A program made the position numbers and the translations under genes. A stretch of 64,000 nucleotides of DNA, taken from Trypanosoma brucei (Eukaryota). The stretch lies in contig CM000208.1 of assembly GCA_000002445.1 (NCBI GenBank), forward strand, positions 1,504,001 to 1,568,000. The letters run 5' to 3'. This document shows, piece after piece, positions 10,542 to 23,284 of this stretch (position 1 is the stretch's first letter; every line of letters begins with the position of its first letter). The notes below the pieces were generated by a model that worked only from the letters and a program-made list of their open reading frames with translations, was not told where the DNA came from and searched no databases.

Positions 10542-11342
10542 TCACTCCTCAACGTCAGGGGGTTGCTCGTGTAATTCATCATCATCCTCTTCGTTGTCTG
10601 CAACGGCGGGGATGTCTTCTGGGCGCGTCTTAAACCCATCCAGATACTTGCGCGCCTCTTCTTCCGTGAGAATAGTAAAGGGGGTGCCCTTTCCTACAAT
10701 GGCAATGGTGGTGTTTTTAATGTTCAGTTCTACACCACCAGAGGTCGCCGCGCCAAGAGCCCTCAACGCATGCATAACCAACTCGTCCAAATCACACGCG
10801 GGAAACCCTCTAAAGTGCCTCTCCAAGTAGGTACGTGCTGCCTGAGAACGCAACCCCATCGCGGTTGCCTTAAAATCAAACACATCACCTGAGGGCACCG
10901 TTTGGTAAAGGCGTGGCCCCTGGCGATCATAACCGGCAATTAAGAGACCGACACCAAAGGGACGCTTACCCGCAAATTGAATGTGGCGCTGGTGCTTCGC
11001 GCCCACCATGTCAGCAAGCATAACAAGTGGAGCGTCGCTATCGTGCATGTAGCGATAATTCATACATTCTGTACGTAGAAAACGAGAGAGCGCACGGCCG
11101 TCTGCCACGAGGCCACTGATTGCCATGCCAACGTGCTCATCCAATTTGAATGCCTTCTCTTGATAGGATGATAGCCCTGACACGGGATTGCGTTTCAAGG
11201 CCGTGAGTACGACATAATCGGCGCCCTTAACTCCAACCGCAGCGGAGCCATTGTTCACCGCCTCATTTGCGTATTCCACTTGAAACAACCTCCCGGTTGG
11301 GCTCCACGTGGTGGTATCCGTGTCGTACTGGTTTTTAAACAT
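10542..11342 (-). CDS. PSA5: 20S proteasome alpha subunit, alpha-5 type (266 aa)
   Basis: [40 protein letters not shown] matches the alpha-5 N-terminus (human PSMA5 [39 protein letters not shown]). Alpha-type fold throughout. Acidic C-terminal tail. Confidence 0.8.
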   Translation of the reverse strand: MFKNQYDTDTTTWSPTGRLFQVEYANEAVNNGSAAVGVKGADYVVLTALKRNPVSGLSSYQEKAFKLDEHVGMAISGLVADGRALSRFLRTECMNYRYMHDSDAPLVMLADMVGAKHQRHIQFAGKRPFGVGLLIAGYDRQGPRLYQTVPSGDVFDFKATAMGLRSQAARTYLERHFRGFPACDLDELVMHALRALGAATSGGVELNIKNTTIAIVGKGTPFTILTEEEARKYLDGFKTRPEDIPAVADNEEDDDELHEQPPDVEE

Positions 11343-11642
11343 TTTGCCTCCTTCGCCAAACTTTCAGTGGGACCCAATTCTTTCTTTTTTATTATTCTGC
11401 TATCTATCCCCTTTTTTGTGTGTTTTGACGTTTCTCTTCTCAGTTTCTATGTCACCTCACCTATATCGAATGATGGAGCTCCTGGAAATACAATTACTTT
11501 CGTATATTTTATTGCCTTGTACCACAAAGTTCCTTCTTCTTGTCCTCTTCCTGACGCTTAAAAGTAGGGGACTTTATTTGCCTTTCTCCCGTCAACAGTT
11601 GCTTTTGTAGATTGTGAAAGTTCTTAAATAATTGTGTTTAGC

Positions 11643-11669
11643 ATATATATATATATATATATATATATA
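11643..11669. repeat. (TA)n microsatellite, ~13 units, followed by a (GT)-rich run
   Basis: gcatatatatatatatatatatatatatag seen directly. Confidence 0.9.
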
Positions 11670-14076
11670 GGCGTGTGTGTACACGTGTGCATCAAATACG
11701 TAATGAAAGAAACGAAGAAAAGAGCGATTAAGTTAACCCCTCAGTTGCGCAGAGTGACAGGTGATATAATGACATCGACTAAAGCAAATGAACACAAACA
11801 CAAACACCGTCAAGTGGACATCCGCAAGAGAAAATGCGTGACCTCCACTTGTGCGAATGTGTATGGGCAAGTGGATACGAAAAGGATAGAGAAAGAGACG
11901 CATGTAAGTAAATATTGGAATATTTTCGCGTATTTCAGCAAGCAATAGCAGCAAAGCAGGCTTCCTTCATTTGTCTTTTCCTCTTCCCCTAGGTCCATCT
12001 CACGACCTTTCTCTCTCTCTCGTTTGAAGTGAGAAAATTTTATTCAATGTAAAAAATGGGAAAGAGAGGGGAGGAAAACAAATAATAATGGAAGACCGTG
12101 GAAGAGCACATTTTTTTTCTTTTGAAAAAAAAAAGAGAACAGAAGTGGTCACCACAACCAAGCACCACAATATGTACAAAAAGAAAAACACACGCTTGTT
12201 AAGTACACTTTATTTTTGTTTGTTCGTTTTTTTTAACCTTTTAAAGTTTCTTCTGGTTTACGTTTCTCCCTTTCCCTCCACTACCTCTCCTCTCCCTGGG
12301 GAAGTAATTCAATCCATCTTATATTATCTCATTTTTCCTTCCCCCTCCCAGTTGTTTTTCCTTTGATTTATTTGCTAACGTTCATTTCTGTCTGCTCCCT
12401 TTACTTCACTCCCTTTTTTTGTTCTGTTTCCCTTTATCATACCGGGAGTTGACTCCTCAACTTATTTATAACCACGAGGTGACAATCCGAGAAAACAACC
12501 CAAACACACACGTTTCTGTTCGCCGCATTTTCTTTCGCGGCACTCAAAAATCACACGTAACCGAAAAATACACACACACGCATCTGAACCAATAAATTAA
12601 CACAGAAAACAAAGACACACACAAAAACATAAATATATACAAATACATCAAATATTTATATAAGTGTATATATTTCCCTCCATTTCCCTTATTCTCCTTC
12701 TCCCTCAAAAAAAAAAACCTTACTCCACCCCACACCCCTGAGCGTATTCGCTTTCTCCCTTTTGTTTGTCTGGTTATTTTTTTTTTGTTACTGTTGTTTG
12801 TTGTTTCGCCATAATTACACCTCTTTCTTCCTAATTTCCACACCCTATTATATTTTTGTTTTTCATCAACTTAATTTATTACGTCGTGTCTCATTTTCTC
12901 GTCAGGGAGAAGGGAGAGAGGGAAAGAGGAAAGAAATGAAAGGAAAAGCAAAGGATGCCACCACACATCCGTAACAAATGGAAGCAGAGTTGCTCAAAAT
13001 AGAAGAAAAAGAACAAAAGCAGCATTGGAAAGATGTGAGGGTGGGGTAAATTTTTTTCGAAAAAATAATAAAGAAGAAAGTGAATAAAATGAAAGGGTTA
13101 AACAAAAAGATGAGCAAAGGGTACATTCCCATCAGATGGAAATAGTTACAGAATAATGATAAACCACCCCAAAAATAAGGAGGGAGGGGGGAAAAAAACG
13201 AAAAGGGAAGGGAAGGGACGGCAGGGAAAAGAGCTGCTGCTACTGCAGCCCTTTTCCCCCCCCTTTTCTTTTTATTATTAGTCTTCAGACATTTTCTCTT
13301 CCCAATTTGTGCGCATGTGAAGGGGCATTTAAATGGATGTAACAATGATGGCACCGGGTGATGGAGAATCGCTGGCGTCATGTTTCGGGTTTTTTGCCTT
13401 TGTGACTACTTTTGTTGTTATTATGATTGCTTTTAGTTGTTGTCCTTGCTGTCGTGTCTGTATTTCCCCCTTTCATTCTTTTTGGTTCACATTTTCCACT
13501 AAATCTCCCACAATTATATTCTTTCCCTTTCATCCATGATAACACGGAAATTTCAGAGAGGGAAAATAAAACAAAAACAAAAAAGAAAGGATACCCTTAT
13601 CCACTCTTTCCTTCCTCTTTTCTTTATTTCATTCCGTTATTATTTCCCATTCATAGAGATATGCAACATCCCTTTTCCTTTCCCCCATCACTTCTCCTTC
13701 AGTACATCTTCTTAACAACTTCCATATCCCTTGAAATCCCACGTGTTCTCAGAAACAGTCCCTTTTTATATTAAAACAACAATCCTTTCATCGTTTTATC
13801 ATCAATTATTGCTTTCGTCACACATCCTTCACATCCCCCTTGCGCATCCCACCCCTCCCCCAAAATCCTTCCTGCTTCGCATTCACTAACCACAATTATT
13901 ATAACCATAATAACCTTCACTGGGGTTCTCCGCCTCAGCGACGGCACCGAAAGGAGCACACACGTGTGTGTGTGTTTTTTTTTTGTTGGTGTTGTTGTTG
14001 CTATTTCTTCCCCTCCACCTACTCACCCTTTTCTCCTCCCATCTCCCTTCCCTGTGTTTCTTTTGTCCTTTTGGGC

Positions 14077-17000
14077 TCAGTATGGCATCATGTTAGGGTT
14101 TCCCATCCCTCCAGCATATCCCTGACCGGGCACGCCACCGTAGCCCGGTTGCGGGTGGATGTTCACATTATGCATCGGAACTCCCATGGGCTGTGCTGGG
14201 CCTGCCTGAATCATCAGTGGGTCATTACCACCCGCATACCCAGGAACACCACCACGACGAGATCCATCTTTTGATGGCTGCATGCCGTCGTTAGCGCCCT
14301 TTTCCAAGCGTGATACCCGCTGAGTGAAGTCGTGGATGGCCTGAATGAGGTACGGCATGGCAATATTGATACGGTTGTTTAGCCAAGCCTTCTCAAGAAC
14401 CACGTCCGGAGACAAGTAGTCATAGCAGGCGTAAAGGCAGGAAACGAATGAATCTGGTCGTTCAACTGCAAAGAAGTCAAGAAGCTCCTCCACAACCTTT
14501 GGATCGGCGCTTTCGACAGCCGTGTCAATGGCCTCCTGGAAGAGCTTATTCTCCTTGGCCACCGCAAGGGCGTGGTCAAAGGCCTTGTGACGGCGGTGGA
14601 GGAAGAGAGCAATCTTGCGGAACTCAAACAACTCCATCTTCTCCAGCCGTGCGCTCAACTCCACAGAGTCGAAGTTGTTGTAGTTCTCTACAGAGTTACG
14701 TAAGGCCACAAAATTTTCTTCCTCCACGTACAGATCGTTCAGAGCATCGTTGATCAACCGGGAGTTGCGCGGTTGTGCGGATTCGAGGTATGGCAGAATC
14801 AGGTGAATCGGGGCAACATTTTTCACCTCACGGAGCACACGGTCGGGGTCAAGCACCTTGAACATGCTCGTCAGAAAGTCGCACAGGTTTTGAGGGCACG
14901 TATTGACGTAGAACGAAATCGCGTTATATACAAAATCGCTAGCACCCAGATGGCTTGCAACGTCCTTGAACACATCATGATCGAAGGCATCAGCAAAATG
15001 ACACATCATCGTCTTCGCCGCAGCCAACCAGTCCTCGTTGCCGACGTGGAGCACACGCAGGGCCAACCAGTGGTGGTATTCCTCGCAAACGGAGATCAAC
15101 TTGTGTGCGTTAATCTTCTTTGAGTACATGTGCACGTGCTCCAAGAGTTTCTCGGGTTTATACTTGGCAAGCTGTAGTCCCATTTCAGTGAAAATGCCCA
15201 TGTGCGCGCCAGAGTTAGTTGAGGCACTCTTGAGAACAGCGAACAGTTCATCATAAAGACCGTATGCCTCGTACCGGTTCACGACATCTTGCAGAGATTC
15301 CACCTGTAGAACGAGGGGAACCGCGCAAATAGCAGCAAGCCTTACATCGTTGGCCTCAATACAGGCATGGTTAACCGCATCCCATGTGCTGCGGGACTGG
15401 GCCTTCTGCGCAGCGTCCACAGCCTCAGCAAGGTTGTTCATGCGCACAAGCGTAAGGGCCAATTTATGGAAGTTCATGCTCATGGAGTAGAGCAGACGCG
15501 CTGAATCATAGTACCCATCTTCAAAGCACTTGTCAGCCACAGGTTGAATCTGTACATTGTGCGTGTTTTGCAGCAACTCTTCCAATTCTGACAGGCGTCC
15601 AGTTCTGGCGTACGTTAGCAACAAAACCGACTCAATCTTATTGTCGTTCGAAGTGGACTCCTGGCGTGCCATGTTGAGATACTTGACGAGGTCCCCGAAT
15701 TGGTTACTGCGCTCCGCTGCAGCAGTGACAGCATCAACGTAGTTGGGATTCTTCGCGCGAATGAGGACCTCAATGGCTTCACGCACCTCACCGGCGGCGA
15801 GGAGGTATTCTCCCAAAACTGTCCATACAGCAGGTAGGTTGCACCTCTGAGCGTACAACCGACCACGAGGAAGGTCCTTCAAATCGCGGAGTAAAACGGT
15901 GGCAGCCTCCATCCTCATTTCAAACTTGTCATAAACGGTCATCGCTTCCTCGTGCAGCTCTGCTGCGGTAGCGATGCCAGCGATTTCCTTCGCATCGTAG
16001 CTGTCAAGAGTGGTTACATACTCCATAACCTTTGCCTTGGATGCGCGGACAGCGGACATAATAAGGAGATTCTCCAAATAGCGGTTTTTCCTAAAGCGGC
16101 CACGGACGACGATCTGATCTAGTATAGAGGTCAGTTCCTCCGTCAGCTCCGCATCCATAAACGCCTTCACAGTGGTGCTCACCTCCTCCGTTACCTCAGA
16201 CTCGGGAAGTGCAGTTTGTTGAACCGCCTCAACGAGGCGGTCTCGGTTGATCGAGCTTTCCGTGAGCACAGACGCCCAAAGTGCAGGGTCCTGTTGTTTT
16301 ACAAGGTAGCGAGCAAGTTGCTTCCACATGCCATTCTTCGATGTGATCTCAACCAGTTCGGTGCTCATCTTAGCCTTGCGATAAACCAAATAGGACAGGT
16401 TGGGGTCGCGATCCTCGCAGTACTTACCCATGACCACTGGATCGTAGTAGTCGTTCTCCTCAATGAACTTCTCGGGTAAGTTACCACTGATGACCAAGAG
16501 TTTTGCAATAGCATTATGAAGGGCGGTATCCGTCTTTTTTTCCGCAAGTCGGGCTTCCAACCAGGGTCCAATGAGGCGAAGCCGACTGCGCTCTTCAGCG
16601 ACATCGACAAGTTCTGCAATCGGGCACATTGTACCCACTGAGTTTAGGATGTTCTTAATGAAGTCCTCTTGCACGTTACAGTCAATAAGCGCACCGACTA
16701 CCGCGGGTGTTTTCAGCGGGTTGCGGCGCTGCACGTACTGCTCAATAAGAGCTTCATTGTTTGTGTCAATCAGATAACGAATCAGTTCATCAACAAAATT
16801 GTGCTGGTCACAGACGTTGATAAGGGGCCAAAGGTTTGTCATTTTCTTGTTCTTCAGGTAGTTCTTCGTGCGCTCAGGGTCATAACACGGGCTCTCACGT
16901 GTCATGCGCTCGAGTTCCTGCACCTGCCCAACTTCAGCCGCTGCCTCAATATAGCGGAAGTGCACCTCTGGATCACGAGTGTACGGTACCACAGCGCCAA

Positions 17001-19188
17001 GGTAATAATACAGAATATCAAACAGTTTCCGCTCGAGGAACACGTTAATTAGTTTGTCCGCACCGAGCGCTTCATTGTACTTTGTTGCAACCTGCACAAT
17101 GATTTTGAAGTTCTGGTGATGGTTAGCAAGAAGGTCCTCTAGGCACTTCATGCTGTCTCCTGGGCTCAGTTTGCCGAAGAACTCGATAACCCAATCAGGG
17201 CTGAGCACTTGGGCATTAGAAAAGCAACGACGAATGTTAGCAAGGTTGTCAATGCCCGGGTCCATCCTCTGGGCCATTACATAGCACTCAATAGCGCGCT
17301 GCGGAAGGGAAGCGCGTTCACAGAGGGGCGCCAGCAACATGGCATCAAAGTGAACACACACACCGCGAGCAAAGATCTTCTCCGCAACCGACGGATGGGA
17401 ATGCTTCAGGTTAATCTCTAGAAGCTTCGTTTGGAGATCCTTTGTATTCTCTCCAGTGTTATCACGAAGGACTTCCAGAACGAACTCGGTTGCTTGCTGG
17501 ATGTGCTGAGCGGTCACGAACATATCCACAACTTCGATGGGGTCAACGACAGGCGCGTCACCCATGTCACGGTGCAATACTTGCGCGAGGCCCACGGCAC
17601 CTTGCGGGTTGACGTGTATTGCGTTGTTCAAGATGACGCGCCAGTTGGGGGTGAACCCAGCGCGTTTGCAGTACTCAACAGCCTTCTGTGTCTCGTTGCG
17701 TTGAAGGAGGACACCAACAACCTTTGCGTGTGCCTCCGCCTTGTGGTAGATTTTGATGGCAAGCTCTGGGTCCGCCGCTGACATAAGATCACCAAGTTCC
17801 TCGGAGGCGGTTAGTTTGTCAGCAGCATACTGTTGCTTCACGTAGTCGACACCACCCTTCGGTATAACGGCACGGGCAAGTTCTGCTGACTCATGCGCGT
17901 TAAGAGTGGTTTCGGCAACTGCCACCTTAAAGTAGGTGGAGATTGCGGGCTGCTGCCCCGGAATCGGCGGCATAAGTTGGAAGCGAGAAAGAATATCGGG
18001 ACCACGCAAGGCGTTGTTTGGTGCACGTAGGCATGTGCGCACCGCCTCCTCTATGTTCCCAGCACGAAGCTGGTTATCCAGCTGAACCCTGTACAGGTCA
18101 TCCACACCTCCCAGGTTAGCAGAGCCGGCAATGCGAAGGGCCAGATCAGCATTTTGCAATTGGTTTTTCACAAAGGGAACGATCGTATTGTCGTTTGGAG
18201 ACACGTGGAACACGGAGCCCGCGTTGTTCACGCACAGGATACCACCAGTCTTCGTGTAGGGTGTCCCGCAGAAAATGGTATTGTTCGGAAGTTGGTGAGT
18301 CTTAATGACCACTCCAGTGAAGAGGTCCATAAGCACCACGCTACCACGGCTTGTCACAACGGTGAGGAGTTTGTGTCGTGGTGAGACGTGTGTCGCAACG
18401 GGAAAGTCACCCTGAGCAAAGGGGACATCGATCATACGGCGCTGAACTGTGAGATCCGTTTTGGATCCTGTAGGAAGCTCCATGATCAAAATTTTCCCAC
18501 CTGTGGAGGGGTTGTTCCAAGCGAGGCACATCAAATTGCATGAGCGTGGGTCTGTCGGGGTGTTGGTGGAAATGAATGTTCCACTGTGACCGTCAAGCAC
18601 ACGGCCACTATTGTTTTCGACGCTGAAGAGTTGTGTTTTCCCCACCATACCCTCGGCAGTTCGCATAACACCACAAAGCATCAACCACTTCTTCTGCTCA
18701 TCTGTCTGGTAACTAAGAACCTGAAACGAGGCGTCAAACTCAGGGGCCCGCGAGAAGACCAACTGCGGTGGAGCATCGGCAGCTGTGTCCAGACTCCAGT
18801 GATACACTGCGGTATTAGAGACGATACCTACAGTGCGAGCATCAATCCAACACCAATAGACCACGTCCTCGTTGAACACAACCACCTTGAGACGATTAGC
18901 CGCGTCCACGTCGAATATCTGCAAGTTGCGGCCGCTGCGGAGTGCAAGAATCTTTGCCATAGGATTCATGATGGCTGACTCCGCATCACGTATACTGTTG
19001 CGCATGCTCTCCCGCTTCCCGAGATCCACGATAACAAGAGAGGTTTGACCATCAGGTTGCACATCGCGGATGCAAACGTACTTGTCGCTCTGCAGCGTCA
19101 GTGTCTTGAAGGAAATGGTTCCCGGTCTCAACCCACCAGAGACGGAGTTGAGTTGAAAGACCTCCGCAGAGGTTAGTGGATTATCCAT
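14077..19188 (-). CDS. CHC: Clathrin heavy chain (1703 aa)
   Basis: N-terminal beta-propeller MDNPLTSAEVFQLNSVSGGLRPGTISFKTLTLQSDKYVCIRD…. Repeated clathrin heavy-chain repeat (CHCR) helical zigzags. Gly/Pro/Met-rich C-terminus. Length and architecture are typical of CHC. Confidence 0.9.
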   Translation of the reverse strand: MDNPLTSAEVFQLNSVSGGLRPGTISFKTLTLQSDKYVCIRDVQPDGQTSLVIVDLGKRESMRNSIRDAESAIMNPMAKILALRSGRNLQIFDVDAANRLKVVVFNEDVVYWCWIDARTVGIVSNTAVYHWSLDTAADAPPQLVFSRAPEFDASFQVLSYQTDEQKKWLMLCGVMRTAEGMVGKTQLFSVENNSGRVLDGHSGTFISTNTPTDPRSCNLMCLAWNNPSTGGKILIMELPTGSKTDLTVQRRMIDVPFAQGDFPVATHVSPRHKLLTVVTSRGSVVLMDLFTGVVIKTHQLPNNTIFCGTPYTKTGGILCVNNAGSVFHVSPNDNTIVPFVKNQLQNADLALRIAGSANLGGVDDLYRVQLDNQLRAGNIEEAVRTCLRAPNNALRGPDILSRFQLMPPIPGQQPAISTYFKVAVAETTLNAHESAELARAVIPKGGVDYVKQQYAADKLTASEELGDLMSAADPELAIKIYHKAEAHAKVVGVLLQRNETQKAVEYCKRAGFTPNWRVILNNAIHVNPQGAVGLAQVLHRDMGDAPVVDPIEVVDMFVTAQHIQQATEFVLEVLRDNTGENTKDLQTKLLEINLKHSHPSVAEKIFARGVCVHFDAMLLAPLCERASLPQRAIECYVMAQRMDPGIDNLANIRRCFSNAQVLSPDWVIEFFGKLSPGDSMKCLEDLLANHHQNFKIIVQVATKYNEALGADKLINVFLERKLFDILYYYLGAVVPYTRDPEVHFRYIEAAAEVGQVQELERMTRESPCYDPERTKNYLKNKKMTNLWPLINVCDQHNFVDELIRYLIDTNNEALIEQYVQRRNPLKTPAVVGALIDCNVQEDFIKNILNSVGTMCPIAELVDVAEERSRLRLIGPWLEARLAEKKTDTALHNAIAKLLVISGNLPEKFIEENDYYDPVVMGKYCEDRDPNLSYLVYRKAKMSTELVEITSKNGMWKQLARYLVKQQDPALWASVLTESSINRDRLVEAVQQTALPESEVTEEVSTTVKAFMDAELTEELTSILDQIVVRGRFRKNRYLENLLIMSAVRASKAKVMEYVTTLDSYDAKEIAGIATAAELHEEAMTVYDKFEMRMEAATVLLRDLKDLPRGRLYAQRCNLPAVWTVLGEYLLAAGEVREAIEVLIRAKNPNYVDAVTAAAERSNQFGDLVKYLNMARQESTSNDNKIESVLLLTYARTGRLSELEELLQNTHNVQIQPVADKCFEDGYYDSARLLYSMSMNFHKLALTLVRMNNLAEAVDAAQKAQSRSTWDAVNHACIEANDVRLAAICAVPLVLQVESLQDVVNRYEAYGLYDELFAVLKSASTNSGAHMGIFTEMGLQLAKYKPEKLLEHVHMYSKKINAHKLISVCEEYHHWLALRVLHVGNEDWLAAAKTMMCHFADAFDHDVFKDVASHLGASDFVYNAISFYVNTCPQNLCDFLTSMFKVLDPDRVLREVKNVAPIHLILPYLESAQPRNSRLINDALNDLYVEEENFVALRNSVENYNNFDSVELSARLEKMELFEFRKIALFLHRRHKAFDHALAVAKENKLFQEAIDTAVESADPKVVEELLDFFAVERPDSFVSCLYACYDYLSPDVVLEKAWLNNRINIAMPYLIQAIHDFTQRVSRLEKGANDGMQPSKDGSRRGGVPGYAGGNDPLMIQAGPAQPMGVPMHNVNIHPQPGYGGVPGQGYAGGMGNPNMMPY

Positions 19189-19959
19189 CCTCGAGCTTTG
19201 TTAGTGTCTGTTCCTTTTCTTCTCACTCTTTGACGATTTTTTGGGGTTTCCCCTAGTTTGTCCTAATGACTCAGTTTACCCTTTTTTTTTCTCTTTACTC
19301 CCTTTATTTTTTTTTTTTGGTATTGTTGAAGAAAAGTGGTTCACTGACGGTCAAAACACTTCGCAGGTCTTGTTCTTCGCTTATGATACTTGGCTCCTCT
19401 TCTTTCCTTTTTGTTTCCTCTTACTCTTGCTTTTTATTATTTATTTTCTTTTTCCTTCCTCCTTCCCCTACTCTTCTCTTGTCCTCCTTTTTCCTCCTCT
19501 TTTTCCTTGTGTGTGTATGTGTGTTTCCCAAACTTTGCTTCTTCTATTGTCCTAATGTATAGCCACTGCTACTTTCACTTACGTTTCCCCTGAAGCAGTT
19601 TTTTTTTTTTTTGAGGGAGGGTTGCAGCGTGTAGATAAAGCAATCGAACTGACCTTTCTTCCGCGCGCTCGCACGTGTGGCACCGTCGATAATAGTGAAC
19701 AAAAAAAGCGATGGGTTAAAGTATAAATAATGACAAAAACAAAATAAAGAGCAGATATTACAAGCAAACAAAAATACAAATTGACCTTCAATCGTTGACT
19801 CTCACTTCACGTTCCTTCGTTGTATTTTTCCCCCTTCACTCAGAAAAAAAAAGTTTCCTCTCCTTCTTTTCTTTATATCTGGTTCTTCCGAAACAACGAT
19901 AACAATGACGGCAATATGTATTATTATTAAGTTGTCAGTTCGCCGGACGAAGCAGCAAG

Positions 19960-20100
19960 TGGCGCGGCAAACCATACATGAAGTAGTGGTAGTAGAATGG
20001 GGGGAAAAAGGGAGGCGAGGAAAGCGGAAAGAGAAAAAAGTGAAGAAAAGTGAGACAGTTGAAAAAAAAAAAAGCACAAAATGACACCACAGTAAACCCC
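19960..20100 (-). promoter_or_regulatory. Putative polypyrimidine tract / spliced-leader acceptor region for the clathrin heavy chain mRNA (minus-strand sense)
   Basis: The plus strand is strongly purine-rich here (gggggaaaaagggaggcgaggaaagcggaaagagaaaaaagtgaagaaaagtgagacagttgaaaaaaaaaaaagc). That means a long C/T tract on the coding strand ~800 nt upstream of the CHC ATG. Kinetoplastid trans-splicing uses a polyY tract followed by AG. The exact acceptor AG is not determinable by eye. Confidence 0.3.
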
Positions 20101-20343
20101 TCGAAGTAACTCAAAGCAGAAAAGAAAGGGTGGACAATGTATGAAACAACATAAGGGAGTCGAGAACTGTTAACCCATCCTCAAATGCCCTCCTTCACTT
20201 ATGTGTATCAAACACAAATTTCAATGTGCCTTCATTAAAAAAATTAAAGAGAATTAGTTAACCGCATCGTAAATTAATCACTTTTTATATGCATCTGCAA
20301 CACATATACAGGTACGTTAAAGTACATACACGGGTACATGTCC

Positions 20344-20421
20344 CCACACAGACACACACACAGGACACACAGACACACACACACACACATATATATGCAT
20401 ATATATATATATATATATATA
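20344..20421. repeat. Compound microsatellite (CA/GACA)n then (TA)n
   Basis: cacacagacacacacacaggacacacagacacacacacacacacatatatatgcatatatatatatatatatatata. Confidence 0.9.
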
Positions 20422-23284
20422 AGCATAAACAAAATGTGTGTGAATACATGTGCTAGTAAAGCAGCAGCGGATCCCACCACTGTGAGATGTGGCTCCACTT
20501 TCGGTCCCCACTGCTTCCTTCCGGTCCCTCCCGATTGAAAACTCGCCACCCCGCCGCACTCGACTACACGGCTCCCGCACCGCGCCGCACCGCACACACC
20601 GCCACGCCCCCGCTAACTTCTACGGAGTTCGTCAAAACACTCCGACATGCCGACACCTCCTGTAAAAAGTCGTCAAAGACAAAACCGTCCGCCCCTCTTG
20701 GAGGGACACAACAGCCAACCTCCACCGCAACGAAAACGCAATTAAATAAATAAGCATATAAATAATGTCAAGAACAAGGGAAGCCTCCCCTACGAGGCCA
20801 CGCGCCACCAAACACAAGACACAAAACACACAATACAGCCAACCCCACCGCGAGACTGAACGGTAACATGCACTAACTACAGAAATCCCTACACCACTAC
20901 GGTAAACTAAGCAATTCAAAACTGTACTCTAGAGCTTCATCGGCCGAACACACAGCCAAAAAAAAAAAAACGGATTTCCCCCTTTTTTTTTCCAAAACCA
21001 TAAACAAAAACTTGCGTGAATAAATCCAAAAAGGAACGCCACGCGTGTGTTCACCCCCTGCCCAACGTCCATTACATTTTCCTTGAGCAATACATCATGA
21101 GACTCAACATAGGCATAAACATATTGATGTAAATATGTTTACATGCGAATATATTATCCTACTTCTCTTATGCATCTACATTTCAATGAATATCGGTCCC
21201 ACCAACGTCACCTGCCCGAGTTCGACAGAGGAAGCGACTAGCAAACCTTTACACAATGGATGAAAAGAGAAAAACAAACAAAAACAATTATCCGGTAACG
21301 TACCCCATTTTGTCACCTACCCCTTCCCCCGCTATTCCACCAAACAATAATAATGATAATCGTAAATAACAGAATTACACATCAGTTGGTGTGTAACAGC
21401 AACTGTGCGCAATAAAACTACCGCAAATATCCATCCCCTCCCCTTTTCCCATCCCAACGGCCACCGCCCTTCCGTGAGTTATCAGACCGAATCAACGGCA
21501 ACGGCAGCGGGAAAATATGGAAAAGAGAGGGATGAAATGAAACGAACGAGCGAATGGTGTGGAAACCTTGGGGAACAGTCATAATGAGTAACGGAGAAAA
21601 ATTAGAAAAACGAAGTAAACGAAAAGACCGAACGGCTTCTGGGAGGTCAATAACGAAAAAAAAAACAGTTCAAGGAACCCGAGAATGGAAGAGGTAAAGG
21701 AAAAAAGAAAGGGAAAAGAAACAGGACAAAAAAGGAAAGAAAGAGAAAAAAAATGCGCCAACACACAAAGCGGCAGAAGCAAGCACGCGCAAAGATAAGG
21801 CAAGCATGCGGTGCTATGCTCGAACCGTACAAGCACTCGACATATGGACAGTTAAAGAAAATGGGCAGCGTTTTTGCGTTGTTTCGTTTTGTCTCTGCTT
21901 TGTATTGCGAAAAACAACAACAAAAATCTTACATTGCCCTTTTCGCTTTCGAGATTTTCTTTAGTTTGATATGTGCATATCTGAATCTCCTGTTTTCTGT
22001 GTTTTCGTTTCCTACTTTCATTTTTTTATTTGATATAGGTAGTTGGTGAGAACCCACTGGTGTTGCGCTTGCAGATCGTCCAAGTAAGGGTGAAACGAAC
22101 CCGCGCGCAAACACGAGTGGACATGCACAGAAAGAGGGAAGGAAAGAAAGAAGTGCTTGAATATGCAAAAAAGGAAGAAAAGAGCAGGCAAATTGAATAC
22201 CCATCCACATAAGAGGAAGTCTCCTCCACGGGGCATAAACTGCCTTTGCTCATCGATGTGCACACTTTTGAAGTATCGCATTCACCTCTTCAAGTGGTCC
22301 TGTTGCCTTCCAGCAGCGCACACCTCTTCTCATTGCCGTTACACCATTCTTGACTCTCCACTCCTTTGACTTTTCCATCCCTCCTCTCCGCTCTATTCAA
22401 CATAACGCCCTCACCTGTCCCTTTTATCACTCCCCTCCTCCCACCCACATCCAAATGTATTTACCGGCAATTTTCCTCCCACTCCTTCACACTCCATCTT
22501 TCCCCCTTATCCCATCCCCACACTTTTCCTGCTTGTCAATCGCTACGTGACCCGTATATCAAAGTAGGTACGCAAATTCTTCGAGTGGTCACCAGCGAAG
22601 AGAAAAACACGCAAAGACGTAAACTCATGATTGCTCCTCCGCTTCATCCCGTGATGGTACGCTCAGCCACAACCTGTACCGGCAACCACACGCAAACAGG
22701 CAAACGCGGAAAGTAACAAACACAAGAACTTACGCGTGCCATTTATGGGGTGATGAAATATGGAGGGTTGGAGACGTTTCAATATGTCTCCAAAGGAGGA
22801 GAGAAAAAGTAAAAAATAAATAACAAAAGAATGTGCCCAGTAATGGAGACAAAACCCTTAAGGGAACCACGAGCGAAGTGGGTAGACACCTCTCATTTTT
22901 CACGAAAACGATAGAATTACGGGACGCGACGTAGGGGAGTATTTTGATGTCCCCCACTCACCTTACGCCCCCCTCCAACGATCATGATATTGGAGAGCAT
23001 TATAACGTTATTTCCCCCCTTTTAATTTTTTTACTTTTTTTGCTTTTTTTTTGCTCTTTTTTTCCGTTTCGTCTCCTAATGTGGTTTATTTTACTATTTC
23101 CTCCCCCCACTTCCTTCTCTCTTTTCCATCCATTTTACACGTTTAGTGAAGCTCAGACGTTGTAGCACTACAGTAAAATCCTTACCTCCTAACAACTTAC
23201 AAAACTGGAATGCTGTAATGTGTCATCCACCATCTGTTTACACTACGACCACCACCCACAACAAAAACAAAATGAAAAGCACAC

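Noticed and set aside
21800-21860. Possible tRNA B-box-like sequence (…ggttcgagca… on the minus strand) in the CHC-UMSBP2 spacer
   Set aside because: Only a partial GGTTCGA match. No convincing A box, acceptor stem or cloverleaf could be built by eye. Not reported as a tRNA.
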